Shown here one piece after another: positions 12,206 through 23,825 of a stretch of DNA of 64,000 bases. Both the position numbers and the translations under genes were made by a program. A model generated the notes under the pieces. That model was not told the origin of the DNA. It made no database searches and saw only the letters and a program-made list of their open reading frames with translations. Position 1 is the first letter of the stretch. Every line of letters begins with the position of its first letter. Source of the DNA: Marsupella aquatica (Eukaryota; Plantae; Marchantiophyta); NCBI GenBank assembly GCA_973895155.1, contig OZ316892.1:13389270-13453269 (forward strand), given 5' to 3'.

Positions 12206-14835
12206 ATGGAGCCGACTGACCTTCCTAGTAGGCGGCGTAAACGTCCTCCCCGGGGCGGTGGTCCTTCAAGACCAAAGTACCCGAGTGATGACATGGAGTA
12301 TAGGAAGAGGATGAGACCGCATGCCAAGCCACCAATCCGGGTCCCAGTGGAGCGATGGTATGAGTGGGAGGAACTTAGACTTTTATTGGGAGATGACTTG
12401 AATACCACCCATGCTACAGTCATTCATTGGTTACTTGACAAGTGCAGTGCTGCGATACACGAGTTGAAGAGACGGCAAGTGGTCCAGGCAGCAACACTTG
12501 CAAGTGAGGCATTGCCACTTGGGGTGGAGAACGAAGAACCCCTTGGTGTACCTGAAGAACACATGTTCGATCTAAATTCAGTCCCGGCCAACAACTCCCT
12601 CCATGTAAGAGGTTCTTTCCTATTCTATTTCATTGTATAACTTGCTGGTTTTATCTAATCTTGCAATTTCAGTTTTCACAATTTAATGTACTAACTTTTT
12701 CAAGTCAAACATTACCAGGAGTCTTTGGACGAGGAACAACACTCACGACATGAGAGGGGACCCATGGATTTTGACCAGTCTCAGGTCTAATGCCTCCTTT
12801 ATTTTTTTCATTCTCACTCACATTTCTTTCCCATTCTCACTCACACTTCTTTCCCAAGTTTACTTTTTCCTCTGTCCTTTCTTTCACCATATATCAGCAT
12901 TTTAAGTTGGTAGTGTTTTTTATCTATATTCTCTAATCTGTCCCGAGTCTTCAATGTTATTGTTTGTCCATTTCATGAATTTTTGTTTTTCCTTGACCAC
13001 CAACTCTTGTATCTAATCCATAGGGAATGCACCAGAGTGGGAGAGTATTTGAGGCTTACAATGAATGGCCCGAGGACATTATCCAGGGATCTTCTGGTGA
13101 CGATGACATCATCTTTGGAAATGATGATCCAGATGTGGTGGCTGCTCTAGGGGGCCAGGTATGTAATGTAACTTTATGGTATTTTAACTTACAACTTTTA
13201 TATTTTAATATTTTTTACAGGAAAAGTTTGCAAGCATACTTAGTCTGTTATGTGTTATATATTGGTCATGTACCAGACTCAAACAACTTGCATTGAGGAT
13301 TCAGAGTCGCTTCCCTCGGCGGTAATGGATTCTCAAGTGGTGCCTGTTGACGTGACAGACTCCCAACTTTCTCAAGTTGAGGTCATGGATTCTCAAATCC
13401 CTCCTCTTGTAGTGATGGACTCTCAGATCCCTCCTAGTCATGTGGAACATTGTGAGGCTCATGAAGAGGTTCCAAAAACAAGATTCCGACCCCGTGAGCC
13501 TGCCACAGTTGGTTTCATAGAGCGCCATTTGGTGCATACTTTTGTGGAGCAACTACTACCTAGATGTCATATATCCGGATGCCCTTTGACCCCTACAATA
13601 CATCATGTGAGGGAGTTACAACAGTTGTGGTCTATACCGATTAGTTGTGGGCTGGAGGGACATGGTTGGACTTTTCTTACTGGAGAGATGGAGTCGAGAA
13701 GGGGTTCACCTTTGGTTACCACCAAGTTGTATCACTCTACATTATGTGCCGGGCTCACATATACATCACTGTCATCTGTTGCATCACACCTAGGTTTGCA
13801 TGCCCCTACATCGCAGCATTGGTATGACTTTCAGACAGGTCGAGGGCGTCTCGGGGTTGGTTGGATTAAAGCTGTCAATCAACAATGGGAGGAAAACAAA
13901 AAAGAGTTGTGGCAAAATTTGAGACATGATATCCAGTGTGGGGTTGACCTTCAAGCTGGTAAGTACTAACTCTCATTGTGTTATTATTTGTCTCTTGAGC
14001 ATAATTAGCTTCCTGTTTAATTTGTTGTGCTTTGCAAATACTTATCTATTTATTGATACTGGCATGTTGGGGTTTTGGACAGATCCTGGTCTTGTCGTGT
14101 ACTTAGATGCTCGATGGGACTCCTCGCGTAGTGGTTATCATGGTACTGTTTCAATTATCAACCTTGCGGATAGTAAGGTTATAGAAATGGTGACTACGAC
14201 CAAAAAAGAGGAACCCAATTCATGGTTGATGGAGGAACTAGGGACCAGAAAAGGTTTGGAAAGATTGAGAGACAATGGAATTGTAATCAAAGAGGTTAGT
14301 GTTCTACTTTATCAAATTCATAATATCTTTATTGTTTTCCTTTATTTTGTTGTTGTTTTCCTTTGTCAGTAAAATACATAGTTTAGTGCTAATTACCTTG
14401 GCACTGTCTTGTAATTTTCAGGTCATCCATGATGATAACTCTGCTATGGATGCTATCCTTCGAGACCTAGGGTTGATGAATCAAAAAGATTTGTGGCACA
14501 AAGCCAAAAATCTTGTCAGGAAATTTGTGGACAAGTTGGTGAAGTGCACATTTACCTTGACAGTGGACATTGATACTGCAACAACCAGGTTAGTGTTTGT
14601 AAGTCTTCTTAGTTTCAATCCTATAATTTGAACTGAGTGTACAATTTTGTATGCACTTTTAGCTTCCACTAAATGCTTGGGATGATTGTGTAGGTCACAA
14701 TTGCAAAGTGCTACTGTCAAGCAGATGCAAGATTGGTTGAAGGCAAAAGGGGTAAGAGGGTTATCTAAGTTCAGGAAAATTGACCTCATCCACAAGGTGG
14801 GAGATTGGAGTGTAGCCATATTTAGTTTTCACTGA
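12206..14835 (+). CDS. Kolobok/Mutator-like DDE transposase, C-terminally truncated. Exons ~12206-12604, 12719-12784, 13024-13158, 13277-13958, 14083-14294, 14422-14588, 14694-14796/14835
   Basis: Canonical GT-AG joins keep frame. Motifs: CHISGC...CGLEGHGW, YLDARWDS (D1), MEELG, IHDD (D2), KDLWHKAK (D-x-W-H), then a SAP-like helix pair. No third catalytic E seen. Confidence 0.7.
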
Positions 14836-15214
14836 AGCCCACAAACACTTCATCCTCGTCATGCCAAGCCTCCTTGATGGCTTCCTCCACAGTTGGAGGT
14901 AATCATGTTCTCTCTGCAAACCCACACACCCAAGCCAAATGGGTGTACACTTGAAACCGTTTTTTCTTGTTGACAGTTTTGGTGAAGCTATAAGCAGCAC
15001 ACATTTGCAGGTCTTGGAGTGGCACAGCAGGGTTCAACAACTGGTGACATTCAGCGATTGCTTTGAACAATAATGGCTGATCCCACTCAACCTCTAGCAA
15101 GCTCACAACCTCCTCACATTGAGTAGACCCATCCATCCACCTCAACCGATATGTCTCAAGGTCAGGATCCATCACCGTCAATGTGGCAGTGCTCCTTGGC
15201 GTCTTATTGGCCAT
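14822..15214 (-). pseudogene. KolX / P2X7-ballast-like protein, copy 3 (one in-frame TGA at 14903)
   Basis: KKRFQVYTHLAWVCGFAERT*LPPTVEEAIKEAWHDEDEVFVGFSEN; paralogous to the two copies upstream of it on the - strand. Confidence 0.6.
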
Positions 15215-15329
15215 TCTACAAAACATAAGACAAAAAAATGCCATTTATACAAGTGCACAACAATTTAGATGTATGTCAATTGAGGTTACATTGAGAAGAG
15301 CTAGGAATATTATTTGTGCAATGATGGAC

Positions 15330-15725
15330 CTATAAGGGTCTAGGAGTGAAACCAAACAAAGCTTCTTCCTCCGACTGCCAAGTGTTCCATATAGCCTCTT
15401 CCAACATATCTGGGAGCCTTCCTCTTGCATCCAAATGACAAGCTCGAGCCACATAACTGTGTACTAATGATCTTTTCTGGTGTGGTTTGGTTGCACACCA
15501 ACTATAAGCGGCCATGCGTAAGTACTCCTCAACAGATATAACGGGGTTGAGGAGGTGATGGCAGTCTTGCACAGCAGTGCAAAATTCAGGAAAGTATGTT
15601 TCAATTTCACCCATGGAAAATTGACGTTGTCCAATAGTGTCCATTGGATGTTTGAGCCAAGACACAACATATGTGTCACCATGAAGGGACTCTAGAGTGG
15701 TGACTTGGCTATGTCTACCTTCCAT
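15330..15725 (-). CDS. KolX / P2X7-ballast-like protein, copy 2
   Basis: QKRSLVHSYVARACHLDARGRLPDMLEEAIWNTWQSEEEALFGF; ATG lies just after a tttgcag acceptor. Confidence 0.6.
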   Translation of the reverse strand: MEGRHSQVTTLESLHGDTYVVSWLKHPMDTIGQRQFSMGEIETYFPEFCTAVQDCHHLLNPVISVEEYLRMAAYSWCATKPHQKRSLVHSYVARACHLDARGRLPDMLEEAIWNTWQSEEEALFGFTPRPL

Positions 15726-15966
15726 ATCTGCAAAGAAAACTAGAGTCATGCATATTAGGCAGTAGGCATAAAGCCAAATTTTCATGTGGACTTGTCTCTA
15801 TATAGTCAAATACAAAAGGCATGACTTACATGCTCCATCATTCTGCAATACTCATTGATGATTTAGCCATGAAATCTGGAACATAGGAATGAAAAAACCA
15901 ATATCATACTCGTAAAATAGAACTTTGAGTAACAAAATATCTGGAAGGATTATGGTTCCTATCCTA

Positions 15967-16347
15967 TCATTCCTCTTCTTCCTCATTGGGCCAAGTAGCA
16001 AGTATGACATCTTTCACAGGGCAGGGTAGCGTATGTCTACTAGTTGATCCACAAATGAAAGCCAAGTGAATAGATACTTGGAACCTCTTCCGACACATCA
16101 ATGTCTCACAATAACTGTATGCGGCACAAATCCAAAGGTCCTCCAAGGGAGCTGTAGAGTTTAGTGCAATACGATAGAATTTGATAACATTGCACCACTC
16201 AGGGAAGTCAGACTGAATCTCTGCTATTGTAGTGGTGCGTTGGATGAGAGGGGCATGGGAAGGAGCATTGAGCTCCCTCCAGCTCAGTTTGTATGTCCCA
16301 TCATTGAGGTCAGTCATGCTCACACGAACACCTCGCTTGTGGTCCAT
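15967..16347 (-). CDS. KolX / P2X7-ballast-like protein, copy 1
   Basis: RKRFQVSIHLAFICGSTSRHTLPCPVKDVILATWPNEEEEE; shares the YxLxW, FPE-C, LN-xxP and CAAYS motifs with copies 2 and 3. Confidence 0.6.
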   Translation of the reverse strand: MDHKRGVRVSMTDLNDGTYKLSWRELNAPSHAPLIQRTTTIAEIQSDFPEWCNVIKFYRIALNSTAPLEDLWICAAYSYCETLMCRKRFQVSIHLAFICGSTSRHTLPCPVKDVILATWPNEEEEE

Positions 16348-19300
16348 ATTGTTGCATGTAGAACAATAAGTAAGATTGATAGGTTGTCACTGTGGAACTC
16401 ACCTATGTGTGTTCAGCTCCATATGGAATATCAAATTAGACATGGACATAAACAAATAGAAAGTCTGAGCCATCTTACTATAAGCTAAGATTCTACCAAG
16501 AGGGGTGTACCTATGTGTCATGTTGGTAATATATTCATGAAACAACAAGGCTTACTAAGGAACCGAAAAAACTCGAGAAGTCCACAAAAATAAGTAATAA
16601 TCAACTTCTCCTAAAGGGGTCTATATAATTATGTGATATTTGCTACATGAAATTGCAAGTTAGAGATATTGATTTTATAAGTTGAAGGGCACAATATGTG
16701 ATGTTTTAGTTTGAAGGGCAGATATCTAAGGACCTCATCATAAGAAAAAGCAAATAGAACAGAGGAGATAATTATAAGGACCCCTAACAAGAGCGAAACG
16801 TACAAAGGGCCTGGCTGTTTAGGACCCCCTAATAAGAAGTAAGGGAAAGAGAAAGCGCGAAGCAAAGGGCCTGGCGTTAGGAGGAGTGGGGTTGGGTGGA
16901 CTGGGCTGATGTTCGGCTGAAGCTATGGCTGGCGAGGTGGGCTGGGCCGTCGAGGCTGCGCAAAGTCGAGACTAAGGAAAAACAACAGCAGCAGCAGGAG
17001 AGCCTTCCAGCAAATTGGAGGGGAGCGGAGGAAATGGATGCGAGGAAAGTCAGTGATGACTGACTGACGCACTCACTGAGCTCGGTTGTCTGCTTGCTCG
17101 ATTGATGATTGATTGCAAGCGAGAGCGTTTAGATGGGGGTCCTTCCCGTTATGTTAGACGACATTGAAGGATGAAGCAAGGATGAAGCTGGTCACTACAG
17201 TTTGTAATAAGATCTCAAAGCCTTGGCATTGGCGGACATACGCTATGCAGTCGAAGGCCCCAATGATCCTCATTATCATCCTCAAAGCACTAACTTACCA
17301 GCGGAAGCTACACTAAAGAACGAAGCTAGAATGAAGAACAAAAGATGGAAGCTTGCAATGCAACAGGTAGGCAGGGGGATCAAAGCATCCAATTACTCCA
17401 GTTCATGCGATCGCCCGTTGTCTCTGTCCCTGTAATGACATTCTTGCGACAGAAAGAAAACTCAGGCCGACGATGATCTACAAAATCCGGGTCAATTCAC
17501 ATTGACAGTTTTGGAGAACCTCTGTTCATTATTTTGAATCAATCTCTCCGAGACATAGACAATAACTTCACAATCATACAATTTCTTCCCACTTCCGAGG
17601 AGTTTGTATCCACTACCATAGGCTACAGCAGGCTAGAGAACGACTTTATCCCCATCTTCGCCTGAATCACCCAGGACTATGTTGGGTGGATGGCATGGGT
17701 TGATCAGCTGTTCAAGCCCCTGAGCTTGCCGAGGGAAGCGAAGTACATCACGCCGTTCTACCACCGGTTCTCTCTCTCTCTAATGTTGCTAAACTGAAAA
17801 CTACGAGCTCTGACATTTGATTCCAAATGTAAACGAGACACCTACCCATTTCAGTGAAGCATACCTTCACCACGCACAAGACAAAATTGGAAAAGCGGCG
17901 AGAACAAGAAGCTATATAAAGACACACAAAAGGAGAGTGCAGGCCCCACAAGAATCTGCGCTCATAAAAAGTAATGAATCAAGCGGAACCTAGCACAACA
18001 ATTTCAAATGTGAAGTCAAGAATAGATTCTCAAAAGACAGTGGCGATTGCCAGGCTCAAACCTGCAGGACGGGAGCCTTTCTGATCGTCACAACAGTTGA
18101 CCCGGCCAGTGAGTCCGTTCTTGATTGAGTGAAACCTCCCTTCGCAAGTAGACAGCAAGAGGACAAGCAAACAACACACAGAGCATGGACGGGAGCATGG
18201 AGCTTTATACACCTTTCTCCCACAGTCATGTGGAAGAGCGCACATAGAGAACATTGAGAAGGGACAAATAGGGAGACAGCACACATACATCTTATCGAGT
18301 GATGCAATCAGAGACAACCCACATAGATCTAATCAAAGGGTGCAATAATCAAAGACAGCGCACATAGATCTAATCAAAGGGTGCAGTCGGACAAGCAGAT
18401 TGAGTCCAGAGAAAATCACGTTATTGATCAGGACAATTGGAATGTTCAATTTGTGTCGACCCATGAGCAATCCAACGATGCATGGGTGAGGACAAAGGAC
18501 GCGTTGTAAGATGTGTCGAGGTGACAAGTCGATCTGACGCGTGCTAGGCCACAACGACGCGCAAGGTGAAGGGACCACAATCTGCTCAGGATGGACATAA
18601 TGTTGCTGAATCTCTTCGTGTAGGTGATCACATCACGGCATAACGTTCACGGCATAGTGTTCTCTACAGTGGAGTTGTCGCGAGTGACAAGCGACTCCTG
18701 AGGCATGGGCAGCCAGGGTGGGCAGCCAGGACGGGCAGTGGGGACGGGCAGGTCCGCACAGTACTAGGTGAGCCCCGCAGGACATACTGAGTGCGGCCGG
18801 ACGGTACTCTGGGGGCTTTTATACCCCGATGCGTGGTTTAACTGGCAAGTTCTCATCTCACCTTGTGCACACAAGCATTCACAACTTGCTGTTTAGTTTC
18901 AAGCGCCAAGGGGCTTTATACACTTTCCGGTTTGCTTAGAGTCTTGTTTTGGGCCAAATCAGAGGCTCTTTAGAGGTTTTTGATAGTTCTGAGTTCATCT
19001 AAATACACAGATTGAATCAATTCTGCATGGTTTCTCATCTATAACATTGGAACATCATGAAGCCTATTATGAAGGCCTTTCATTGAACATTATGAATATT
19101 TGTTTGATCAATATGTGATCACTCTTGGTGTGGAGAGTTAGTGTTTGACTATTCTTGTTGATTGGATCCTCTCCACACTTGTTTCCTGTTTATGCGCCAT
19201 GTTGGTTTGGTATGGGCGCTTGATTCCATAGGAGTGATCCGGGTTTGCAACCGGACATTCTAGTGTGATGTGTATTTATCTCCTGGTGATGTTGGAGTGA

Positions 19301-19389
19301 TGCCCAACACACCATGGTGAGTGCTTGTGTTGCTGACAGGGACAGATTGCCCTTAGGGTTAGCATATAGATTAGGTTAGGTTGGACACC

Positions 19390-20640
19390 ATGGATTCTTC
19401 TGGTGCTGCTGGGTTACCCGATGGACGACGAACTGGTTTCACTCGGAGTGGGGCACAGTTTTGGCCAACGACATTGGTAGCAATCAGAAGTGCAGCTTCA
19501 AACAGTGATTCCGACGAGGACTCAGTGACCAGCTCTCCTTGTCATCAGGTGGTTGCACCTTTGTTGTGGGATATGGACGAGATGTACGGGGCTACAAAGG
19601 GCCCACGACGATACTCTAGTGCAGTTGGCACAATTGATTTGGATGACTTCATCTAGGAGTTTGATACATGGTGCGATATGCAGACATTGCGTAATGCCAT
19701 GTTGTTTACCCATTTCATGGCATGGAAGGGATTATTTCAGCATTTGGAGGGGCCACCCATGGATGACTACCATGAGTTTCGGAAGGCTCATTTGGTTGAG
19801 ATTGAGGCATGGAGGCAACATTGGTCGCCTAATTGCGTGTCTATCACCTATGGCACTAGTGCGGCTGCCCAACCCATTACCACAGCTACTGCTTCTTCTA
19901 GCAGCACTAGCCAAAGTGGCACACCATCCACCAGCAGCACTCCAGTAACATCCACCGCTACTCCTACCGGTGTGATTGTGACAAGAACTGGAGTTGCGCC
20001 AGCATTTAACCCTGTGGTGGAATTCTTTGAGGTACTGAAGCAGAACTATCAGGGTATGAGAACTGATAAGTTGAAGGGTCTCCAGGAGTTCCAGCGCAAG
20101 ACTGGAGAGAGTTTACGTGAGGCATACACTCATATGCGTAGATTGATCACTGTCACCAAGGGAGTGATAGAGGCTCAGGCAGTCCAGTTTTGGTATGCAA
20201 TTCTGGACAGAGAATTGCGATGCAGAGTGAAAGATGTCACTCTGCTTAGGGATGCAGATCCCACATTAGCAGTTGTTTTTACCCTTTCTGAGCGCATTGA
20301 GCTCAATATGGTGAATGAGAAGGTGGTGACTTCCGGATTTTCCAAGAAAGCACCAAAGGCTGCATCTACATCCACAGCACAGCCTACTGCACGAAAGAGC
20401 CAGAGGGAGAAGTCTACTGCACGAGAGTCTACCAGCCAGAGACCTGTGCCCTCTTATGCTGGACAGCAGTCAGGATGTTGGACCTGTGGTGGAGATCATG
20501 CACAGAGATATTGCCTAGATCATAGAGGATCAGGGGGGAGCATCAGCGCCTGATCAGCGATAGTGTGATCACTGTGGAGCTCCTGGACACACCAAGGATA
20601 GGTGTTTCTCACTCCACCCTGAGTTACGGAGGGGAGGATC
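19390..20640 (+). pseudogene. Gypsy gag with two zinc knuckles
   Basis: FQRKTGESLREAYTHMRRL gag core; CWTCGGDHAQRYC and (after a frameshift) CDHCGAPGHTKDRC; in-frame stops at 19654 and 20551. Confidence 0.8.
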
Positions 20641-21439
20641 CCGTACACATTATCAGGGAAGAAGAGGAGGAGGTAGAGGTGGTGGACGTGGTCGTGGCAT
20701 GCCACATGCAGGGAGACAGGAAGGTGATGCTGCCCCTGTTGTAACCATAGATCCAAAGGATGCTAAGATTGCTCAATTGGAGCAACAGTTAGCTGCCATG
20801 GCTAGTTCCCAGGTGAGACCTACTTCTAGTGATGGGGCATCTACATCCTATGGACCTTCCACATCCCATGGTCCTTCCACATCTTATGGAGCTGATGGAG
20901 ACCTTGCCACCATGAGATTCATGTGTGGCACTGCACATATTGATGCATCAGCAGCGTTGACACGTGGGACAGCCAAAGCTCTTGAGCCCCGAGGAGCAGT
21001 AGTGGAGTTAGATCCACAGAGGGGGGATGCACATTGGCAGACAAAGCTTCCTCAGTCTTTTACATTGTCAGAGACAGTTCAGACTGCCTCTATGAACCCG
21101 GTTCGGACGAACCCTGATGTGGGTAAGTTGACAGAATCAGGTAGTGATGCAGCAAGGATGACAGGTACCCTGCTGGGGGCGGCTACTGCCATGGTACGCA
21201 CCCCATTATTTTCAGCGACAGACATGCTGAACTTGGGAGTTGGTCCTGCATAAGTGTTTAGATTGGCAGCTACACTCTGTGAGGACACTCCAGTGGTTGC
21301 TTCCCATGCAGAAGCAGCTTGTAGTGTTGAAGCAGTGAAGACCATGCCACCTACTGCTACTAGTGAGACATGGCATGCAGCAGCAGCAAGGTTGGTGGAT
21401 TTACCAGCACACCCTACATTTGAGAGGACTAGGTTTAAA

Positions 21440-21860
21440 CCTAGTATTGTGTTATTGGATAATCGGAGTGGTATCTTCCGATTAGTTGGGCCTTTTGGGG
21501 CAGTATACCAGTCAGAGAGAGTGTTATTGGATACTGGTGCTCAGCCCTTGATGTTGGGTAAGTCTGCCATACGTGGATTGGGATTGCGTCCAGAGGATTT
21601 GGAGGATTGTCCCTTTCCCATTCAGACTTCATTGGAGGGACCTACACCTACACAACACATTACCAGGAGACCTCTTGATTTGAGGATTCAGGAAGGTCAT
21701 ACCACAAATAGCTCACAGATATAGGCGTGAGCTATTTGACTAAGGCAGAGTCATATGATGTGTTGGTGGGATGTACAGTGCTCTATCCCATGGGATTTAT
21801 TCTTGATTTTTGGGAGGAATCAGTGTCATATAGACCTGATTGACAATTAGGAGATGCTCG
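21440..21860 (+). pseudogene. Retrotransposon aspartic protease
   Basis: VLLDTGAQPLMLG active-site motif, and YDVLVG downstream after a frameshift. Confidence 0.8.
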
Positions 21861-22230
21861 ATTGAGCAAATTGCCAATGAGATTTAGTGGACCTGTGGGA
21901 GGCCCTAAATCCACACCATTGTCTTTGGCAGCATTCAGTGGTCTAATTGCTGAACCTGATGATTTGATTGAGGGTAATGCGCATGCAGCAGATGTTCCAC
22001 CATTGGAGGAGTCTCATGAGGAGCACATCATGCGAGGATTACCTGTTGGAAGTGTTGTGCCACCAGTGTGGGGCACTGCACAGGCCCTACCACAGGCAGC
22101 AACATGATTGGTACATGATGCATGGCGTCATGCTTTTACACCACAGTCAGGAGCAGAGCAGCCTCTTGCAGATGGACCTATGACTCTTGCACCATTGGAT
22201 ACCACTCCTATTGCTTGGCAGTATCCACCG

Positions 22231-23499
22231 GAGGGTATTTATTTGTTGGATCTTTTTGGTGGGATTAGCACTGGATTGGCTACTGTTCTTCAAGCAGGAA
22301 TTCCTGTGCGTCGTTATTTGTATGTGGAGTCAGATGAGACAGCACGGAGGGTCTCATTGCGACATGTGGCTATGTTGCTGGATAGATATCCACAGTTGCT
22401 GCCAGTGGATGCTGTTCGTGGTTATCAACATGCACTACCTGCTGATATTTCATTGTTGGGAGCAGATCATCTACATCATGTTGGCCCCATTGATTTGGTG
22501 ATTGCTGGTTGGCCATGTCAGGGCCAATCTAGAGCTAGCGTTGGGCATGGACTTCATGATCCACGCTCTGCATTGTTTTGGGAGATGTTACGGGTGCTGC
22601 GTCATCCCCAGCTACATCAGACACAGTCTCCAGCATACATTTTGGAGAATGTGCCATTGTTAGGTGATGATCGCAGTCGGATTGTTGCCAGTGTTCACCA
22701 GGTGAGGTCTTGGATTGGACCTACTGTGTTATTGGATGCTGCACGTGTGGGTTCTCATGCACATCGTCCACGCTTGTGGTGGACTAATTTGATCCCATGT
22801 GAGGTGCTGAAGCGCGCATTTGACAGCATTCCACGCTCACCAGCCTTAGTGGTGGATGATATTTTGGATCCAGGGCGTCGTGCACAGGGTGTGACCCAAC
22901 CTGATAGACCTCCATTGGCAATGGTCAATGCAATTGGGCGCCCACGTTGTGCATTACCCACTCTTGTAAGCCACTCTACTTCATATGCATTCAGAGCAGG
23001 TGACCCTGGACTTGTGTGGGACACAACTCTCCAGCAGTTAGTGGAACCTACTGCTGATGAGAGGGAGCGTGCTATGAGATTTTTGACTGACACCACTGTA
23101 GTTGCCTCTCGGGGGGGTCACTATATGAAGGGTCATACATCACGTGCGACGGTTTGGGTCATTTATGACCCCCCTAAGTCACTTTCTAGAAAGTTATACG
23201 ACACCAATCATGTGATGACACGTATGCATTTTGCAATTAAACAACCCTATATTTCCATAGAAGACTTAATAAGTCTTCCGCCAAAACCATTTAAATGGCC
23301 CTATACTTCGTCGCACATGATATGCCACTTCCATGGAAGTGACCCCCCCAAGAGTTGCCTCTGTGTCAGAGGGTTTGCGACGCCAGGTTCTTGGTCAAGC
23401 AATGGATCTGAATTGTTTGACTTGGATTATCAGCTTGGGAGTAGCTGAACAGTTGCGGATGTGCTCTGCTGGAATTACTGATTGTCCCTTGGTGAGCTA
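22231..23499 (+). pseudogene. DNMT3/DRM-like DNA (cytosine-5)-methyltransferase domain inside pol, interrupted by a MITE
   Basis: Motif I LLDLFGGISTG, II YLYVESD, IV IDLVIAGWPCQGQS, VI ILENV, VIII RPRLWWTNL, IX PTADERERAMRF, and X LRRQVLGQAMDLNCL (the last recovered after removing the 253-bp insert). Confidence 0.9.
23110..23353. mobile_element. MITE (~245 bp) inserted in the methyltransferase
   Basis: Imperfect ~41-bp TIRs GGGGGGGTCACT...GTGCGACG / CGTCGCAC...AGTGACCCCCCC; direct repeat GTTGCCTCT at 23101-23109 and 23354-23362. The exact boundary between TIR and TSD is ambiguous. Confidence 0.8.
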
Positions 23500-23825
23500 A
23501 CGGTCCACTGAGACAATACTGACCACAGCTGGGGGCGAGCAGACAGTCCATGGACCTATGGCAGGATTGGCCAAGGCTGGACAAATTGTTGAGCAGGAAG
23601 GGACTGCTCAATCTACTGTTAAATAGCAATCGATCATCGGCTATCTCTTCTACCCTACAAAAAGATATTAGGGATTTGGTGGAGAGCTGAGAACCACAAC
23701 TTGGCCCTAAGTTGACAGGGGAGGAGAGACGTTGCATGCATCGATTCTTGAAAAATTTACTGGAATTGTTTTGCATTTAGCATGAAGGATTTGGGGACAT
23801 TGAAGGGCCTGGTATTCAGATTGAA

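Larger units (their letters stand above)
11203..16600. mobile_element. Kolobok-like DNA transposon (defective; right end not located, end coordinate approximate)
   Basis: TTAA at 11199-11202 followed by an AG terminus. Spliced DDE transposase on + converges on KolX-like ORFs on -. Confidence 0.6.

Noticed and set aside
18676-19060. Candidate 5' LTR for gag-pol (TGTCGCG...ATAACA followed by TTGGAACATCATGA, similar to the motif after 10455)
   Set aside because: It does not match the LTR following the PPT, has no TSD and no internal complement of the motif; the true partner segment is 10121-10455.
23110-23448. C-terminal ~110 aa of the 446-aa MTase ORF as a novel domain
   Set aside because: It is read-through of a MITE followed by an out-of-frame stretch.
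22231-23499. Host DRM/DNMT3 gene or bacterial restriction-modification contamination
   Set aside because: Intronless, no UBA/PWWP/ADD domains or restriction enzyme seen, embedded between PR and RT, and decayed in the same way as the rest of pol.
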